Positions 25,395 through 39,500 of a stretch of DNA of 64,000 bases are shown one piece after another. Position 1 is the stretch's first letter; each line of letters starts with the position of its first letter. A program made the position numbers and the translations under genes. Where the stretch lies: NCBI RefSeq assembly GCF_008831285.2, contig NC_045138.2:20832001-20896000 (forward strand), in the 5' to 3' direction. The notes under the pieces were generated by a model that was given only the letters and a program-made list of their open reading frames with translations, had not been told where the DNA came from and made no database searches. Source of the stretch: Nymphaea colorata. Taxonomy: Eukaryota.

Positions 25395-28300
25395 ATGGGG
25401 CTATGGAGTTTCTTCAGCAGAAAGGGGGAATCAGGATTCGGTTTTCGTTCGACTGCCGAGCAAGTTACAGATGGAATCGATGCTTCCAACATCACCGCCG
25501 TTATCACAGGTCTCCTCTGTCTCTCTCTCACACACCTTTTCGTGTTCTGTTCTAATTTCTTGTTCTTTTAGGAGGAAGGAGTTTCGTTCGAGTTCCCGCA
25601 GGTTGGGAAGAACAATATGCATTACTAATCGAGCGTAGGAAAAAAATAAAAGGAACCAACAGGGTATTAGCAATCAAGCATGGGTAAAAGGATTGATTCA
25701 GCTTCTTCTTCTTCTTCTTCTTCTGCTACAATCAGGGGCTACCAGTGGAATCGGCATGGAGACTGCGAGAGTTCTTGCGCTGAGGGGAGCGACTGTGATC
25801 ATTGCTGCAATCAGCCAGGAGCTCGGGGAGGAGGCGAAGGAGAAGATTGTGGAGCAAGTGGCGGATGCCAAGATCGAAGTGATGGAGCTGGACCTCAGCT
25901 CCCTCGCTTCCGTCAGATCATTCGCTGCTGCTTTCCTCTCCTCCAACAAACCCCTCAACCTTCTCATGTACGTAGATCGGCCCACCCCTCTTCAAATCTT
26001 CTTTTGCTCATTTATGGTTGATAGACAGCATCAGATTCTCCCTTTTGGCGGTGAAAGAATAAACCCTTTGGCTTAGCTTCAGAGCTTCGGGTCGCTTTCC
26101 ATAAAAAGGAACGCCCTTCTGGTATAAAACCTACAGGTTTGGTTCGTGTGGGCAGTTGCCCACACCATTTCCAAAATTTCTCTTCATTTTGTATATAGGT
26201 GCCTTACAATTATTTTCCGTTTACATATATTATGCGGTCTAAGGAATGGGATTTTCTGAAATAATGCCTCTTAGCTGAAAAACCCTAGTTTTATCAACAG
26301 GTTTTATTACGTTGATAAAACGAACATGAGAGACAGCTTTACTTGCAGATCCGAGTCGTGATGCACTCGAATTGGTTAGGATTGTCTATTTGCTTAGTCA
26401 CTCAGCTGAGATCATCAACTAATTACCCATTTTTTTTATATGGTTAAATACTGAAGTTTGTTCTTTTTTCAACTGTAAAATCTCATAGTCTAAGTTATTT
26501 TTTTTAAATGTGAAATATCACAAACATTACTCAATATACGTAAAAACTCATATTAGGAGTTATTCAGTTTTAATTGATAAAGAAATCAAATATAAAATCC
26601 TGACAGACTTACATTCTTCATTTGTTTATAGAAAAAATGCATTATAAAAAATTATAATCTAATCCAGCTGAGTCACGTAGTCAACTCTTTGATCTGGTGA
26701 CCCAGTATTCAGCCGATCCGAGTTCAAGTCAGAGCTTGTTAACTATGGTAAAAACTGAATTTTGTCAATACTGGCTCTTTCCGAACTCACTTTTGGCTTC
26801 ACCCAAATAAAATAGTCACAACTGAGTTTTCTTGGGTTTGTCAAATTTTGATGTCATCTAAAAATAAGGTTTGAAAGAAAAGGTAATGCCAATTAGTTTA
26901 AGGCTGTTATTTGAGATTCTAAATAGCATCGTAACCTTTTCTAACTAAGTCTTATTTTTGTTTTTCAATAGTTTATATATATATATATATATATACAAAA
27001 TAGCAAACAGCAAGAACTTGTTGATGCATGGTAGGCCACTTTTAGGTGTGGACAAAAAAACCAGAGGCTTATTTATAGATATAATATTAGGAGTAATTTG
27101 ATAGGAACACATATTAAGTGAATTGTGTTTGAGTTCAAATATATATTTTTTTATTCATAAAAGAATTAATGGTTCCTATGATGCCGTCAATTTTTTTTCA
27201 TATTATGTAAAAAAAAAAGAGAGAATGACTTTCACGATCACAACTTCAATTAAGGCATGTTGTATACAAAATTAGTATTCATAAAGATGTTAACATGCTT
27301 ATATTTTGTTTAAAATATTTTTCAACAAGAATTTAAGCTGCATGGTTTTTTTTCCTTTAAGTGGTCTTGTTGGATATATCAAATTCATCAGCCAACGTGA
27401 GTCTCAATTGTGCATATTAGTTGTGGAAAAAACATGGTCGACACTATTAGGCAGATTGCCTTTGGAGTATAAAGCATATTTTTGGTGCTTTGAGGCGTTG
27501 CGTTCAGTTCAACTTGTGCATTAATAATTCCCTTTTTACAGCACAAGAGGTTGATGCATGTGGCGCTCAAAATAAAAACTAGCTGTCTAGCAACTCTCAC
27601 TCCAACAAATTGTACCAACCCCTTGTGAACACGTTCCCTTTCAATTTCTTTCTCTATCTCCATAAGTATATGTTTCATTTTCATGGTTTTCGTTTCCTGT
27701 ACTTTGGCCTATCACAAAAGTATGAATAATTTCTCATTCTTCTTCTAGCAGAAACAATGCAGGCATTTTGGGATGTCCATTCCAGCTTTCTGAAGATGGG
27801 ATAGAGCTACAATTTGCCATTAACTACATTGGTAAGCATGTATCTTGTCAACCCTTTCTCATGTAGTCATTTATGATTCTCCTTCTTTACATTTAATTCA
27901 TCTTTCACAAAATACTACTTGTCTCTTTTTAACACAAAAAGGATTTTCCTACTTTAATATATGGTACTTTATTAGTCTAACTTGCTTCTCCCAATATACT
28001 GATCTCACGAGCAATTAATCCAGCAAGTTGGCATTCTTGAGCGCGAATATATAAGTAAAGAGAGAGAAAAAAAAAATTAGTAAAAATAAAAACAATGAGA
28101 AAAAAGTATGAAATAATATTTGATGATAAAAAATGACATGCTACCTTTTTTCTCTTTGTTTTCTAGTCTCAACCACCAATTTAGAAAAGATTAAAAAGTT
28201 GAAATTATACCTTGTCCATTAAGCATCTAAGTGACTCACGCCTACATATATGCCGAATGTTAGTAGAAATTCAGAAATTTGTCACTAAAAAGAGTCATTA

Positions 28301-29832
28301 GTTTTAACAATAATTTTTGCTCTTTTTAGTAATCAATTTTTGAATTTTAGTTATATGGCATCATGCGGTACATGGTAGCAATGACTTTTCAAACTCACAC
28401 ACTCATATACAAAGAAGGGTTCGCATGAGCCCTGGTCACACCTCAATTTTTTTTTTAAAAAAATTACATGTAAATTTTAGAAAATTTTACTTGTCTTATA
28501 TAAAAATTTCAAAAAATGATATTTTCACTTATGTCAAAATTTAGTAACTTTAATTCGGCCTTCTTCATAAAAAATTTTCTTATATATATATATATATACA
28601 TATACACACAACTCACTTTAAAATTTTAAGCAATTGAAGGAAGATAGCAGACTTCTAAGAGAGTAATTAAGGAAAGAAAGTGAATGCAGGGCATTTCTTT
28701 CTGACAAATCTTCTGCTGGACAAAATGAAAGCCACTGCTCAGGAGAGTGGAATAGAAGGCAGAATTGTGATCGTGGCATCGGCAGGCCATAGCAGGACAT
28801 ACAAATCTGGCATTCGATTTGAAAAGATCAATGATCCTTCAGGGTGCTCCCTCTCTCTCTCTCTCTCATATATATACATGTCTGTGTGCAGGCCCCCCCA
28901 CCTTCTTTCCCCAGAACAAAAAAGATTTTACATGTATTTTTTTAGAAAATTTCATTTTATTTGTTTAAAATTTTGAAACTATCGAAATTTTGAAACTATT
29001 GTTTAGACCTCTTAATTAAGCCTGGGCACCGGGCCGGGCCGCCGCCGGGTACCCGGTACCCGGCCCGACTCGGTCCCGGGCCCGGGCCTTGCTTTTATAG
29101 TAGTCGGCCCGTTAGTTACCGGGCTCGGCCCGGCCCGGTAACTAACGGGCCGGGCGCGGGCCAGCCGCTTTGATCGGCGGCTACCCGCGAAGCCCGTTGT
29201 TTTTTTTTTTTTTAAATGAACTTCGTTACTCGTTAGGGACCTAGGGTTAAATAAAAATGAACTTGAGCTTAGAGAGTTAGTGTTTACTTTTCGACCTTTC
29301 GTCGTCACCGTCGCCCGTCGAGACTCGAGAGATTGCATTTGCGGCATTGCCTCCTCTTCGCCCATCGGCTGCTCCTCCGGTCGTCGCCGTCGCCATCGGC
29401 TGCCTTCTCCGGTGACCGTGTGCCGGCTGCCGTGAAGGTCTTCAGTCTGTAAACTATCAATGTGCTTATAAAAGAACTTGATACTCCATGGTGTTTCATC
29501 ATCTGAAGCTGTAAATTGTGTTGCCTCCTGCATTCGTTGTGTCTGAGTTTTTTCAATAACGGGCCGGGCCGAAGCCCATCTCAGCCCGCCCGGCCCATTA
29601 TTAATCGGGTCGGGCCGGGCCTCGAGCCTTGACCGAAGCCCGAGGCCCGATATGACTTGGGCCCGGCCCAGCCCGTTTAGAAACGGGCCGGGCCTCGGGC
29701 CGGCCCGTTTAGGTTATTGGGCTTCATTTTTACATTTTTAGGTTATCGGGCCGGGCCCGATGCCCAGCCTTACTCTTAATGAACCATTCGGAGCTCCAAC
29801 CCTGAGAGGGTGAGAGAAAGAGAGCGAGAAAA

Positions 29833-29888
<56 letters not shown>

Positions 29889-30407
29889 AGCAAAAAAAAA
29901 AAACATAGTGTGGTTTGTGTGCGATTTTGTTCGTTGAGAAAAAAAAATGCTTTTTATTCGTGAGTTTGAGCTCCTTTTGTTATAGGTACGGGCGATTTAA
30001 AGCTTACGGGCAGTCCAAACTCGCAGCCATTCTTCATGCAAGAGAGCTTGCTCGACGCCTACAGGCAAGTAGACTGATTGTCTCCTGGGAAAGAAGCCAC
30101 ATGAAAAGTTAACTTACTGAAAAGATACCCATGCAGGAAATGCAACTGCTTAAATCTGGTTAATAAATTTTTAAAAATGCTTTTGCACGACTTACTAGAC
30201 TAACAATGGCACTCTAAAACATCTAAAGAATACAAAAGAACTTGTATTGATATATGATCATGTCATCTTGGTTTCTACTTATAATGCGGATAAAAGCCGC
30301 AATCAAGGCAATTAAACTCTTGGGCTCATTCAACACTTGAAGTTCTTAAGCCCAACTATTTAGCTATGCAAGTCGAGCTTTTGTCAGTCAAATTGTTTGA
30401 AGTTTGA

Positions 30408-30438
<31 letters not shown>

Positions 30439-33066
30439 GAGGAAGGAGCAAAGGTGACGGCCAACTCTCTGCATCCGGGAGCCATACCAACAAACATAGC
30501 CCAGTACTACATAAAAAATATGGGTAACACACCCTACTTCCCTTCTCTTTATGTACATTTTTACGTAGCTAATTAATTGCACCTTCATCTAATCAAATTG
30601 TTCTTCAGCTCCTCTCGCACCTCTCATCTTTATATCCAGTCCCTTCTTGAAGACTGTCCAGCAGGTACCAATACTTTCCTTCTCCTTATTGTGTTCAGCT
30701 TCATATAAACTGCAAGCCAGAACGATCAACATTACAGGAATTAAGTTTAGCGAACCAAGCCAATACCAAATACTTATGTAAAGACTACTTAAAAGTTCTT
30801 AAGCCAAGATCATGATACTTTGTTGACTCTTATTATGTCGCCCCAGTAAGGGAGTGCTATCCTGATGGTATGAGGAGTATTCATCTGGGTTGAGGGGTTG
30901 CCGTTCTTGAGGTTAGTGTGCCTAGGTCTTACAACCTCCGTCCCCCCCACCTAGGGATGTCAACGGATTGGATTCGAATCGAAGATACCCTTCATCGTAT
31001 CCGCTTATTTGGATATTCATATCTTTCGATTCGAAATTCAGTTTCAAATACGAATAAAGAAAAGTCATATCCGAATTCAAATCCAAAATCTGATTTTACA
31101 ATCTGAATCCGATCCTAATATGATTTTTATATTTATATCTGAATCCGAATCTGAATTTTTGAACCCGATTTTGTCAATTTTCAAAATGTAGTAGCATTAG
31201 ATACAAGATATTTGTCTAAAAATGAATCTAATTTGAATCCAATTGGATATTTATGTATATTGGAATCTAATCGGATGCCATTTTTAAATCTGAATCCAAT
31301 CCGATTTCTTAATTGGATATTAGATTTTCTTTTATATCTGATTTTTTCAGATCGGGTCAATCGGATGTTCAATTCAAATAAGATATATTGACGTCCCTAC
31401 TCCCAACCAATAAAAACTCTCTCTCCAGCCAGGACAGCCCAAATTGGACCTGAAAAGGTCAGCTTAGTCCAATGCACTCCAGCCATCAGATAATGCAAAG
31501 TCGATATGCTGTTCAAAGGATTGACTTTATTTCAAGGATGTCAATATATCCTACTTGAATTAGATATTCAACTGAACCCTTCCAAGAAAATTGAATAGGA
31601 AAAAAAAAAGTAATATCTTACTAAGAAACGAAATCAGATTTGAATTTAAGAAATGACATTTGATGATTCAGATATACATAAATATTTGATCAAATTTAAT
31701 ATTAAATAAAAATTCTATATCCAATGCTCTTACATTTTGAAAATCGGTTCAAAATTTGGATTCAAATATGAACGTGAAAATCAGATTTGGATTGTGAAAT
31801 TGGATTTCAGATTTAGATTCAGATATGGCTTGTCTTTGTTTGCATTTCTAATCTATGAATTCGGAAAAAGCGAAAACAATTAAGAGTATATCCGATTAGA
31901 ATCAAATCCATTGACATCCCATTCATTCCAACGAGTCATGTTGCATTTTAGTTTTCAGTGTGGCTCTTCGTTAATTTGTCGTTCCAAAAAAGAATTTTTC
32001 TACAGCTTTGCAGTTTTGTCCTTATAGAGGGGGCTCTTTCTGGTTCCGTGGCGGCATCTATTTTTGGAAAGCCAAAACAAGCTGTACTTCTTGAGGTTTG
32101 TTAATTAATACAATCGCTGCTTGTGGTTAACACTAATTAGCAAAACAATATGAATTTCGGGGTAAAAGTATATAATTTCTTGAACCAAATTGCGAAATAG
32201 TTTACATTAAGGATCCTAGTGTCATAAACACCCGTTTAACCATGCACCAAAAAAGAATATTAAATGACAATAAGGAAATAAAAATTTTTATAATTCTGGC
32301 GTGCGGGTGATGAGACTAATTTTTTAGGTAAAAGAAGCTAGATAAATCAAAGATTACTTTTAACATATAATAAGTAATATTGTCGTTCCTGTAATCTTAT
32401 TACACTTGAATGCTTTTGCCAGTTCATAGTCAAATATCTGTCTTGGATATTAATCAGAATGTCCGAAAACCTACAGGAAATTGAAATGGTAAAATATGTA
32501 GGAAAATAAAAGTTTTCTTTTACTAATTTCCTTGTCTGTTTTTTTTTTCTATAGAAAAAATTGATAAAAATTAGTTCAAACTTCCCAAATTTATATTAAA
32601 ATTGTAAAAGAAACCTACAAATGTTTAACATAAACAAACAAAAAATTTGAAAAATCCTCAAAAAAGAAATCATATTTTCACCTAGGGATCGGTTTTTGTT
32701 TAGCATTCTTATTGAAATACCTTGAGAAGATCGTCGATAGTCAAATGCAGTGCATTTAAGTTACTAACACCTACCATTGCTCCTTCACGTACAAGTAGTA
32801 ACACATAAATCGCAAATTTCCAATGTCCTGTAAAATCTAGTTAGAAGTTTGACGCAAACGCAAATTTCCAATGTGTGGACAAATTTCAGGGAGCAGCAAC
32901 GACCTGTTATCTGGCTCTGCACCCAAATATTGAAGGCGTTTCCGGCAAGTACTTCAGTGATTGCAACGAGGACCAGCCAGCAGCTTATGGCAGGGACGCC
33001 GATCTAGCGAAAAGGCTCTGGGAGTTCAGTGAAGAAATGACAACCGCAAAGCTTCCGCAGAAATAG
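25395..33066 (+). CDS. TIC32-like short-chain dehydrogenase/reductase, copy B (intact, 325 aa)
   Basis: Exons 25395-25509, 25736-25967, 27752-27831, 28690-28843, 29986-30064, 30439-30523, 30609-30664 and 32890-33066 total 978 nt in one frame. Motifs: [87 protein letters not shown]. Confidence 0.92.
29017..29772. mobile_element. GC-rich hAT-type MITE (756 bp) in copy B intron 4
   Basis: TIRs TAAGCCTGGGCACCGGG / CCCGATGCCCAGCCTTA with a perfect 8-bp TSD CTCTTAAT (29009-29016, 29773-29780). Confidence 0.9.
29843..29885. repeat. (TA)n microsatellite
   Basis: TA run following a short TG run. Confidence 0.95.
30952..31399. mobile_element. hAT-type MITE (TAGGGATGTCAA TIR family) in copy B intron 7
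   Basis: TIRs TAGGGATGTCAA / TTGACGTCCCTA; imperfect 8-bp TSD CCCCCACC / CTCCCAAC; ATCCGA/TCGGAT subterminal motifs. Confidence 0.85.
31534..31921. mobile_element. Second MITE of the same family, inverted relative to 30952-31399
   Basis: Ends AAGGATGTCAATATATC / CCATTGACATCCCA; imperfect TSD TTTATTTC / TTCATTCC. Confidence 0.75.
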
Positions 33067-33253
33067 TTTCCAATCTTACAATCGCCTGATCACTGCCCAC
33101 GAAAGTGTACTTCACAGAGTATTGAATCAGATCTAGTTCACTTTCAGTTCTTTCATTTCTCAGGCGATTCTTTGAATCCCAACGAATCTTTATGGTTTAA
33201 TCTACAAGACAAGCTCAATCTCAGATTGATGGTGTACTTGTGCAACTTGTATC

Positions 33254-33450
33254 CAGGGGTGGAGGGAGGGCGGGGCAGCCTGAGCCATGGCCCGGTGAGC
33301 GTAGGAATTTTTTTTTTATATATTGAAAAAATCAAAATTTTTTAGTATGGTCCGACCTGTCGCTCCTCTTGGCCCGACCTATCCCTCCTCTTGGCCCAAC
33401 CAGCTGACAGTTTGGCCTGGTCTTAAAAAAAAATCCTGGCTTCGCCTCTG
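33254..33450. mobile_element. Short hAT-type MITE in the 3' region of copy B
   Basis: Ends CAGGGGTGGAG / CTTCGCCTCTG with a perfect 8-bp TSD CTTGTATC (33246-33253, 33451-33458). Confidence 0.85.
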
Positions 33451-33739
33451 CTTGTATCATCTTGTATCATCGGCCATGACCTTGAGGATGAAACCTTTGT
33501 TTTTGGGAAGATTCTCAGGGCAGTAGTGGCTTTAGAAAATGGAAAAGAAGCAGATTGATTCGTTGCCATCATTTCTTAAGTTAGTGTGGGGCGTCGTTAC
33601 CGAAGTCAGCCTGAAGGACTCTTTTAATTAATTAAACAAGCTCACTTATATCTTGAACTCAGACTCATTTGATAGATGAGTTGAGTTGGATCCTAGCTCT
33701 AGTTCTTCAACTCTTGGCGACCTTATCTTGCTTCATCTG

Positions 33740-34990
33740 CCATTTAACGATCATTTCTTGCATGCTAGTAAAATGTGCCAATCAAATACAATTTACTACC
33801 AAACATTAAAACTTGCCTCCTAAACGTTTCAACACCAGTAAGTAATCCACAAAAGTCACCACTAGTTCTGCAACACTTCATATATCTTTGTTTGTCACCA
33901 AAGAAAACTTTAACATTACTTTGGTCCTACTATATTTTTATGATATTATTGTCAGACGTAGTTCTAAAGTCAAACTAGAACAACTTGTTGGCCACTTTGC
34001 TAGAGATTCTCTATCAAATGTCTCGAAGTGATTCACTGTTTCTTAGGCATAGAAAGTAAGAGGCATAAAGATCAGTGAACCCTATCTCAAAGGCAATGTA
34101 TATAATATGCAGGATGTAAAGCTCATTGTGACCCACATATCTCCAAATCATCTTGTTTCGTGGTATAGAGGACTCAAATTCAAGGAACCCACTCTATATA
34201 GAAGTATTGTCCAAGGTCTTCAGTATGCCACTTTACTAGACCTAACATCATATCAATTAACCAAGTTTGTTAGTTCATGCATGGTCATCAGAGAAACGTT
34301 GGAGCTATATAAAAAGAATATTATGATTTATAGAAGGAACATTAAACTCTGGATTACATAATACAAAATATGATTTTACTCGAAGAGTATATTGCGATGC
34401 AGACTGGCCTGGTTTCCCCGCACCACATGGGAGATGTGATAGTTTTGGAAACCAATTTTATTTCTTGACACTCATCCAAACGAAAGTTTATGACAAAATC
34501 GAGTACAAAGGCATAATACAAAGTTGTTCCTATGGCAGTTGCCAAACTTTTCTAGTTGAAACAAGTCTTAACTGATCTTACCTATTCTATCAAGGATGCT
34601 CAAGAGAGATAGTGTAATTGTGATAATATAGGCACAGCATATTTTGTTGTTGATCTTATTTTTCATGTTTGCATGAAACATATTGAGGTAGACCATCATT
34701 TTGTTTGAAAGAAAGTTGTTTGGAAAGCTGTTCAAGTCAAGTTTGTTCCTACTGAAGGTCAGGTTGCTGAAATTCACAGAAAGCTCTGCTTGGTCCTTGT
34801 TTTTCTTTCTTAAGTAACAAGGTCAATCTCCATGAGGTGGAGCTTGGCTTGAGGGGGCATGTTGAGGATAAGAGGATATAACGCAAGGCAGGTGCCCATA
34901 TCAAAACCACTTACAAAATAATCTTGTAAAACTTGTGATTCTCTATCTACTTCTAGTGGAGACAGAGTTTCTAAAACAGAGCACTCCAAT
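33740..34990 (+). mobile_element. Highly degenerate Ty1/copia RT-RNaseH relic with PPT and LTR remnant
   Basis: Relic motifs LYRSIV.GLQYAT, CDADW, KHIEVDHHFV and QVAEI; polypurine tract TTGAGGGGGCA followed by TGTTGAG at ~34860. Boundaries approximate. Confidence 0.7.
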
Positions 34991-35401
34991 GTCTTTATTT
35001 AATAGATGAGTTGAGTTGGAGCATATAGTGCTTCAACTCTTGGCAACCTTTAACTTGCCTCCGTCTTCTAAAATTAGCTTTCTTGTGTTGACTTAATTTA
35101 TTACTTCCGACATGCCAGTTATAGTGCCACTCAATAATGTTCTGCAAGAACCGAAGGACCACTCAATCTTGTGGTTGAGAATTGCTCCCGAAATACATTT
35201 GGGGTCTGACTTCCATAGGGTCCATTCAATTTGACATGCGACTTCTTTTACAAAGAGGTGCAGTTCTGTTCACGTTTGGAGGTGGTAATTCTCATTGATG
35301 CCAGCACTGCCATAGAACTCAGTGTTGGGGTTTCGTGACCATTAATCGAATAATATATTGAGTTGAAACTTGGACCAATGTCATAAGAATCAGATTCTAA
35401 T

Positions 35402-35607
35402 GGGGCGTTTGATGGTTTGGAATTTTGATTCAAGAATGAAAATTGTAGAATCGTAATTCCTCCTTAAACTATAAAGAAACCAAAATTCCAGGTTTTAGTT
35501 TCCTAATTCCGAAAACAAACTACCATGTTTGTTTAATCATTTCAATTTCTTGAAAAATAAACATTTTGATTCTAAAATTCGATTGTCCTTGGTATATTAA
35601 ACGCCCC
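35402..35607. mobile_element. Tourist/Harbinger-like MITE
   Basis: TIRs GGGGCGTTTGA / TTAAACGCCCC with an AT-rich interior. Confidence 0.55.
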
Positions 35608-36245
35608 CAAAATCTATCTGGGCAGCATGAGTGATGATTCAGCAGATGGCCCAATAATATGAAAAAGCTTTGGACTCATTCCTGAATCGGAAAATTTTAT
35701 TACCATTAGTATTATGAAAATATTCAAAATGAAAAAATTAACACCTGAAAATAGTAGAAGTATATATACCTGATCTATATTCGAGGCAAACTATATTTCA
35801 GATGATCTGAACCAAATCTATTTGGTCCCGATTTAGTCGGATCGAGGTTGAATGTTCATGATGATTATTATGCTAAGCATCACATATATATATATATACT
35901 AGACTACTTGTGAAAGGGACAAAAATCAGACCCTTTAAATTTGTTTGAAAAAGTATTTTAAACAAAATGTGTACCTTGTAATGTGTTTATAAACATAAAT
36001 TTAATATGAATCACGTCTTAGTTCAGGTTTATTTTTATAAAAAACTTGATCTTTCTCCTATCAAAATTTTGAAGATATAAGATCCATTCATTTTTTATTA
36101 TTAAAGAAACATTATTAAAATAAAAAAATGACTCACTTAACTTATGTTTTTCACCAACTTACTTTTAAAATAGATCAGATTGCCAAGAAAATGCTTTAAT
36201 AATGAATTTTAATGAGTGTATTTTTGTCTGGTATTTACCAACTTT

Positions 36246-36284
<39 letters not shown>

Positions 36285-36383
36285 AACTTTCCTATATTTT
36301 TGTTGTTTTCTCGAATATATTTAAAAGACTATTAAATGAACGTCTTTCCGGCCGGTGAGTCTGATTGGAGAGTTAGCAGTGTA

Positions 36384-36479
36384 ACGTGGCAGGTGTAAGT
36401 CTCAGGTTCATTGGCCATCCGTAATAATGAGTCATAATAGTAACAGTAACAGCAGGATCTAGACTCTCTTCCTTATATA
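36384..36479 (+). promoter_or_regulatory. Putative core promoter of copy C: ABRE/G-box-like ACGTGGC and TATA box
   Basis: ACGTGGC at 36384-36390 and TATATA at 36474-36479, ~115 bp before the ATG. Motif and position evidence only. Confidence 0.4.
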
Positions 36480-36592
36480 CCAGAAGCACTTGGGGAGGAC
36501 GATTTTCCTTCTCACCCACCGATTTCTCATCAAATCTCCTATCACTGCTACCTACCTGCTTTCTCCAGCCAGATTGTCTTGCCGGAAAGGGG

Positions 36593-39500
36593 ATGGAGCG
36601 GCTTTGGAGTTGGGTCTGCAGAAAGAAGTCATCAGGATTTGGTGCTTGTTCTACCGCCGAGGAAGTTACAGAGGGAATCGATGCTTCCAACATCACCACC
36701 ATTGTCACAGGTCTCTGTTCTCTCTGTCAAGCCTTATCGTGCTCTGTTTTTATTCCTTTGTTTTTTTTTTTTGGGAGGTAGAAGTTTTGTTAGAGTCCCC
36801 GCAAAGAGAGAAGAACCATATGCGCTGGTAATCTAGCACACAAAAAAGACAAAAGAAACAAACAGGAAACTAGTAATCAAGAGTAGGCAAAAGGTTTTGC
36901 TTAGCTTCTTATTCGTGAAACGTGCAGGGGCCACCAGTGGGATCGGCATGGAGACTGCGAGAGTTCTTGCACTGAGGGGAGCGACTGTGATCATTGCTGC
37001 AAGGAGTAAGGTGAGAGGTGAGAAAGCCAAGGTGAAGATTGCGGAGGAAGTGGCGGATGCCAAGATCGAAGTGATGGAGCTGGACCTCAGCTCCCTTGCC
37101 TCCGTCAGATCATTCGCGGCTGCTTTCCTCTCCTCAAACAAGCCCCTCCACCTTCTCATGTACGTCGATCGACTGACCCTCTTTAATCTTCTTTTGCTTA
37201 TGGTTGTTCAACAAGATCGCCTTCTTTTTTGGCTTAACTGTTACTCTTTTTTCTTTTTTCTTTTTTGGTTAAAACGTACTTAGAGTTTTTCTTTACATGC
37301 TTGTTTGAAACAAGAAACAAGATGCACAGTTTTAGATCGTAAAAGAATTACCTTGCCTTTTAGAAGTGGTTATATGTACGGCCTGTTGAGTGGTGGACCT
37401 AAGTGGTAGCTGGTGTGACCTAAGTGGTAGCTGGTGTGGGCAGTTGCCTCATAAAGTTTTTTTATTTTTTGTATTAATGTTTTGATATATTTAATTACCT
37501 GTATATATAAGTGCTTTTAGAAGTATTAAAGTTATTGAATTAGTGCTCCTCCACCTAAATTTTTTAACTCCGCCAGTGCTCAACTTCCATTGTATGATAT
37601 GCGTCTCTTTTACTCACTTTCACAGCATATGTGAACAAACAAAAATGAGTGGCAAAAAATTATTCATTACATTTCATCTTTCTCAAAACACAACTGCGTG
37701 TCAGCGAAGGGCCAGGTAAAACCCAGGCTCATGTGTTTAGACACCGTTCAATTTGCTTGTCCTTATCTCTGTATATATGTTTGGTAGTCAAAGTTTTGGA
37801 ACACATTTCCTTTACATTATAGCAACTCATAAAAAAAAATGAACAATTTCTTATTCTTCTTCTAACAGAAACAATGCAGGCATTTTTGGATATCCCTTCC
37901 AGCTTTCTGCAGATGGCATAGAGCTACAATTTGCCAGTAACCACATTGGTAAGCCTGTATTATGGTATAGAGCTATCAGAGTCACCATTATATATATATA
38001 ATGTTGTATGCTTAAATTAAATTTGTTGCCAAAAATTTACTAGATTGACGTTAGCTGCATTATATAGTGGGGCAACAGTTTATGGTGTCTTTAGCAATGA
38101 TTTATGATGCTTTTAGCAACCAATTTTTAAATTTTAGCCATAAGGCAACATGCGTCACATGGCAGCATTAACTTTTCTATATACTATAGAAACTACCGTC
38201 ATTCTGTCTGTAAAACAATTAGTAGATAATAAGCATATTGCTGCAGATATAATTCACTTCAAATTTTCAATTAATTGAAAGAAACTACCTGACTTCTAAG
38301 ACATGTTAAGTTGCACTTTGTCCAACTTGACGCCGTTTTAAGGCAACTCGTTAGCAGTACCTGCCAATTGACGCCCTTTATAATTTTGAAAGTAAGTGGC
38401 TTTTAATTTTAAAGTGAAGAAGGGAGTAATTAAGGATCCAAAGTGAATGCAGGGCATTTCTTGCTGACAAATCTTCTGCTGGAGAAGATGAAAGCCACTG
38501 CTCTAGAGAGCGGAATAGAAGGAAGAATTGTGATCGTGTCATCGGCGGGCCATAGCATGACATACAAATCTGGCATTCGATTTAAAAATATCAATAATCC
38601 TTCAGGGTGTCTCTCTCTCTCTCTCTCTCTTCCTTTTTCTTTATGTATTCCCATTTATTGGCTTTCTCTCATTTTTTTCACATATGTATATATATATGTG
38701 TGTATGTCTAGGAGCGGAGTGGCTCATAAAGGTTCAACTTTTCACAAAAAGAAATTTTACATGTAATTTTAAAAAGATTTTATTTAGCATACATAAATAG
38801 TTGTCCCTGTCAAAATTTTGAAACAAATTTTTATCTCTCTTCTTTCGTGTGGGGGAGAGATAGAGAGAGAAGGGTACACGGTATATACTGTAGCAAAAAA
38901 AAGTACTGTTGTTCGTGTGGGATTTTGTTGCTCGATAAAAAGATGGTTTTGCATCTTGAGTTTGAGAGCTCCTTTTGTTCGTGACAGGCACGTGCGATTT
39001 AAAGCTTATGGGCAGTCCAAACTCGCCAACATTCTTCATGCCAAAGAACTTGCTCGTTGCCTACAGGCAAGTAGACCGATCACCTGCCTGGAAAGAAGCC
39101 AAATGAAAAGCAATTGATTGCTGAAAACATCCCAAAATTGCGCATGCAACTGCTTAATCGAGTTAATAAATTGAAATGATGCCTATGCCATGCATAAGTG
39201 AAGCAACGACTTGGTAGACTAGCAATAATATTCTAAATCTCGAAAGAATATAAAAGAAATTTATATTTATATATGATCATGTCATCTTGGTTTATCTTTA
39301 TAATGCCAATAAATATCTCTCTCTCTCTCTCTCTCTCTAGGAGGAAGGAGTAAAGGTGACAGCCAACTCTCTGCATCCGGGAGCCATACCGACAAACATA
39401 GCCCAGTACTACATCAAAAATATAGGTAAGACACCCTACACCTCTTATGTTAACTAAAAAAAATCCCAGTTTTACTGACGGGCCGGAAGTAAGCCGTCAG

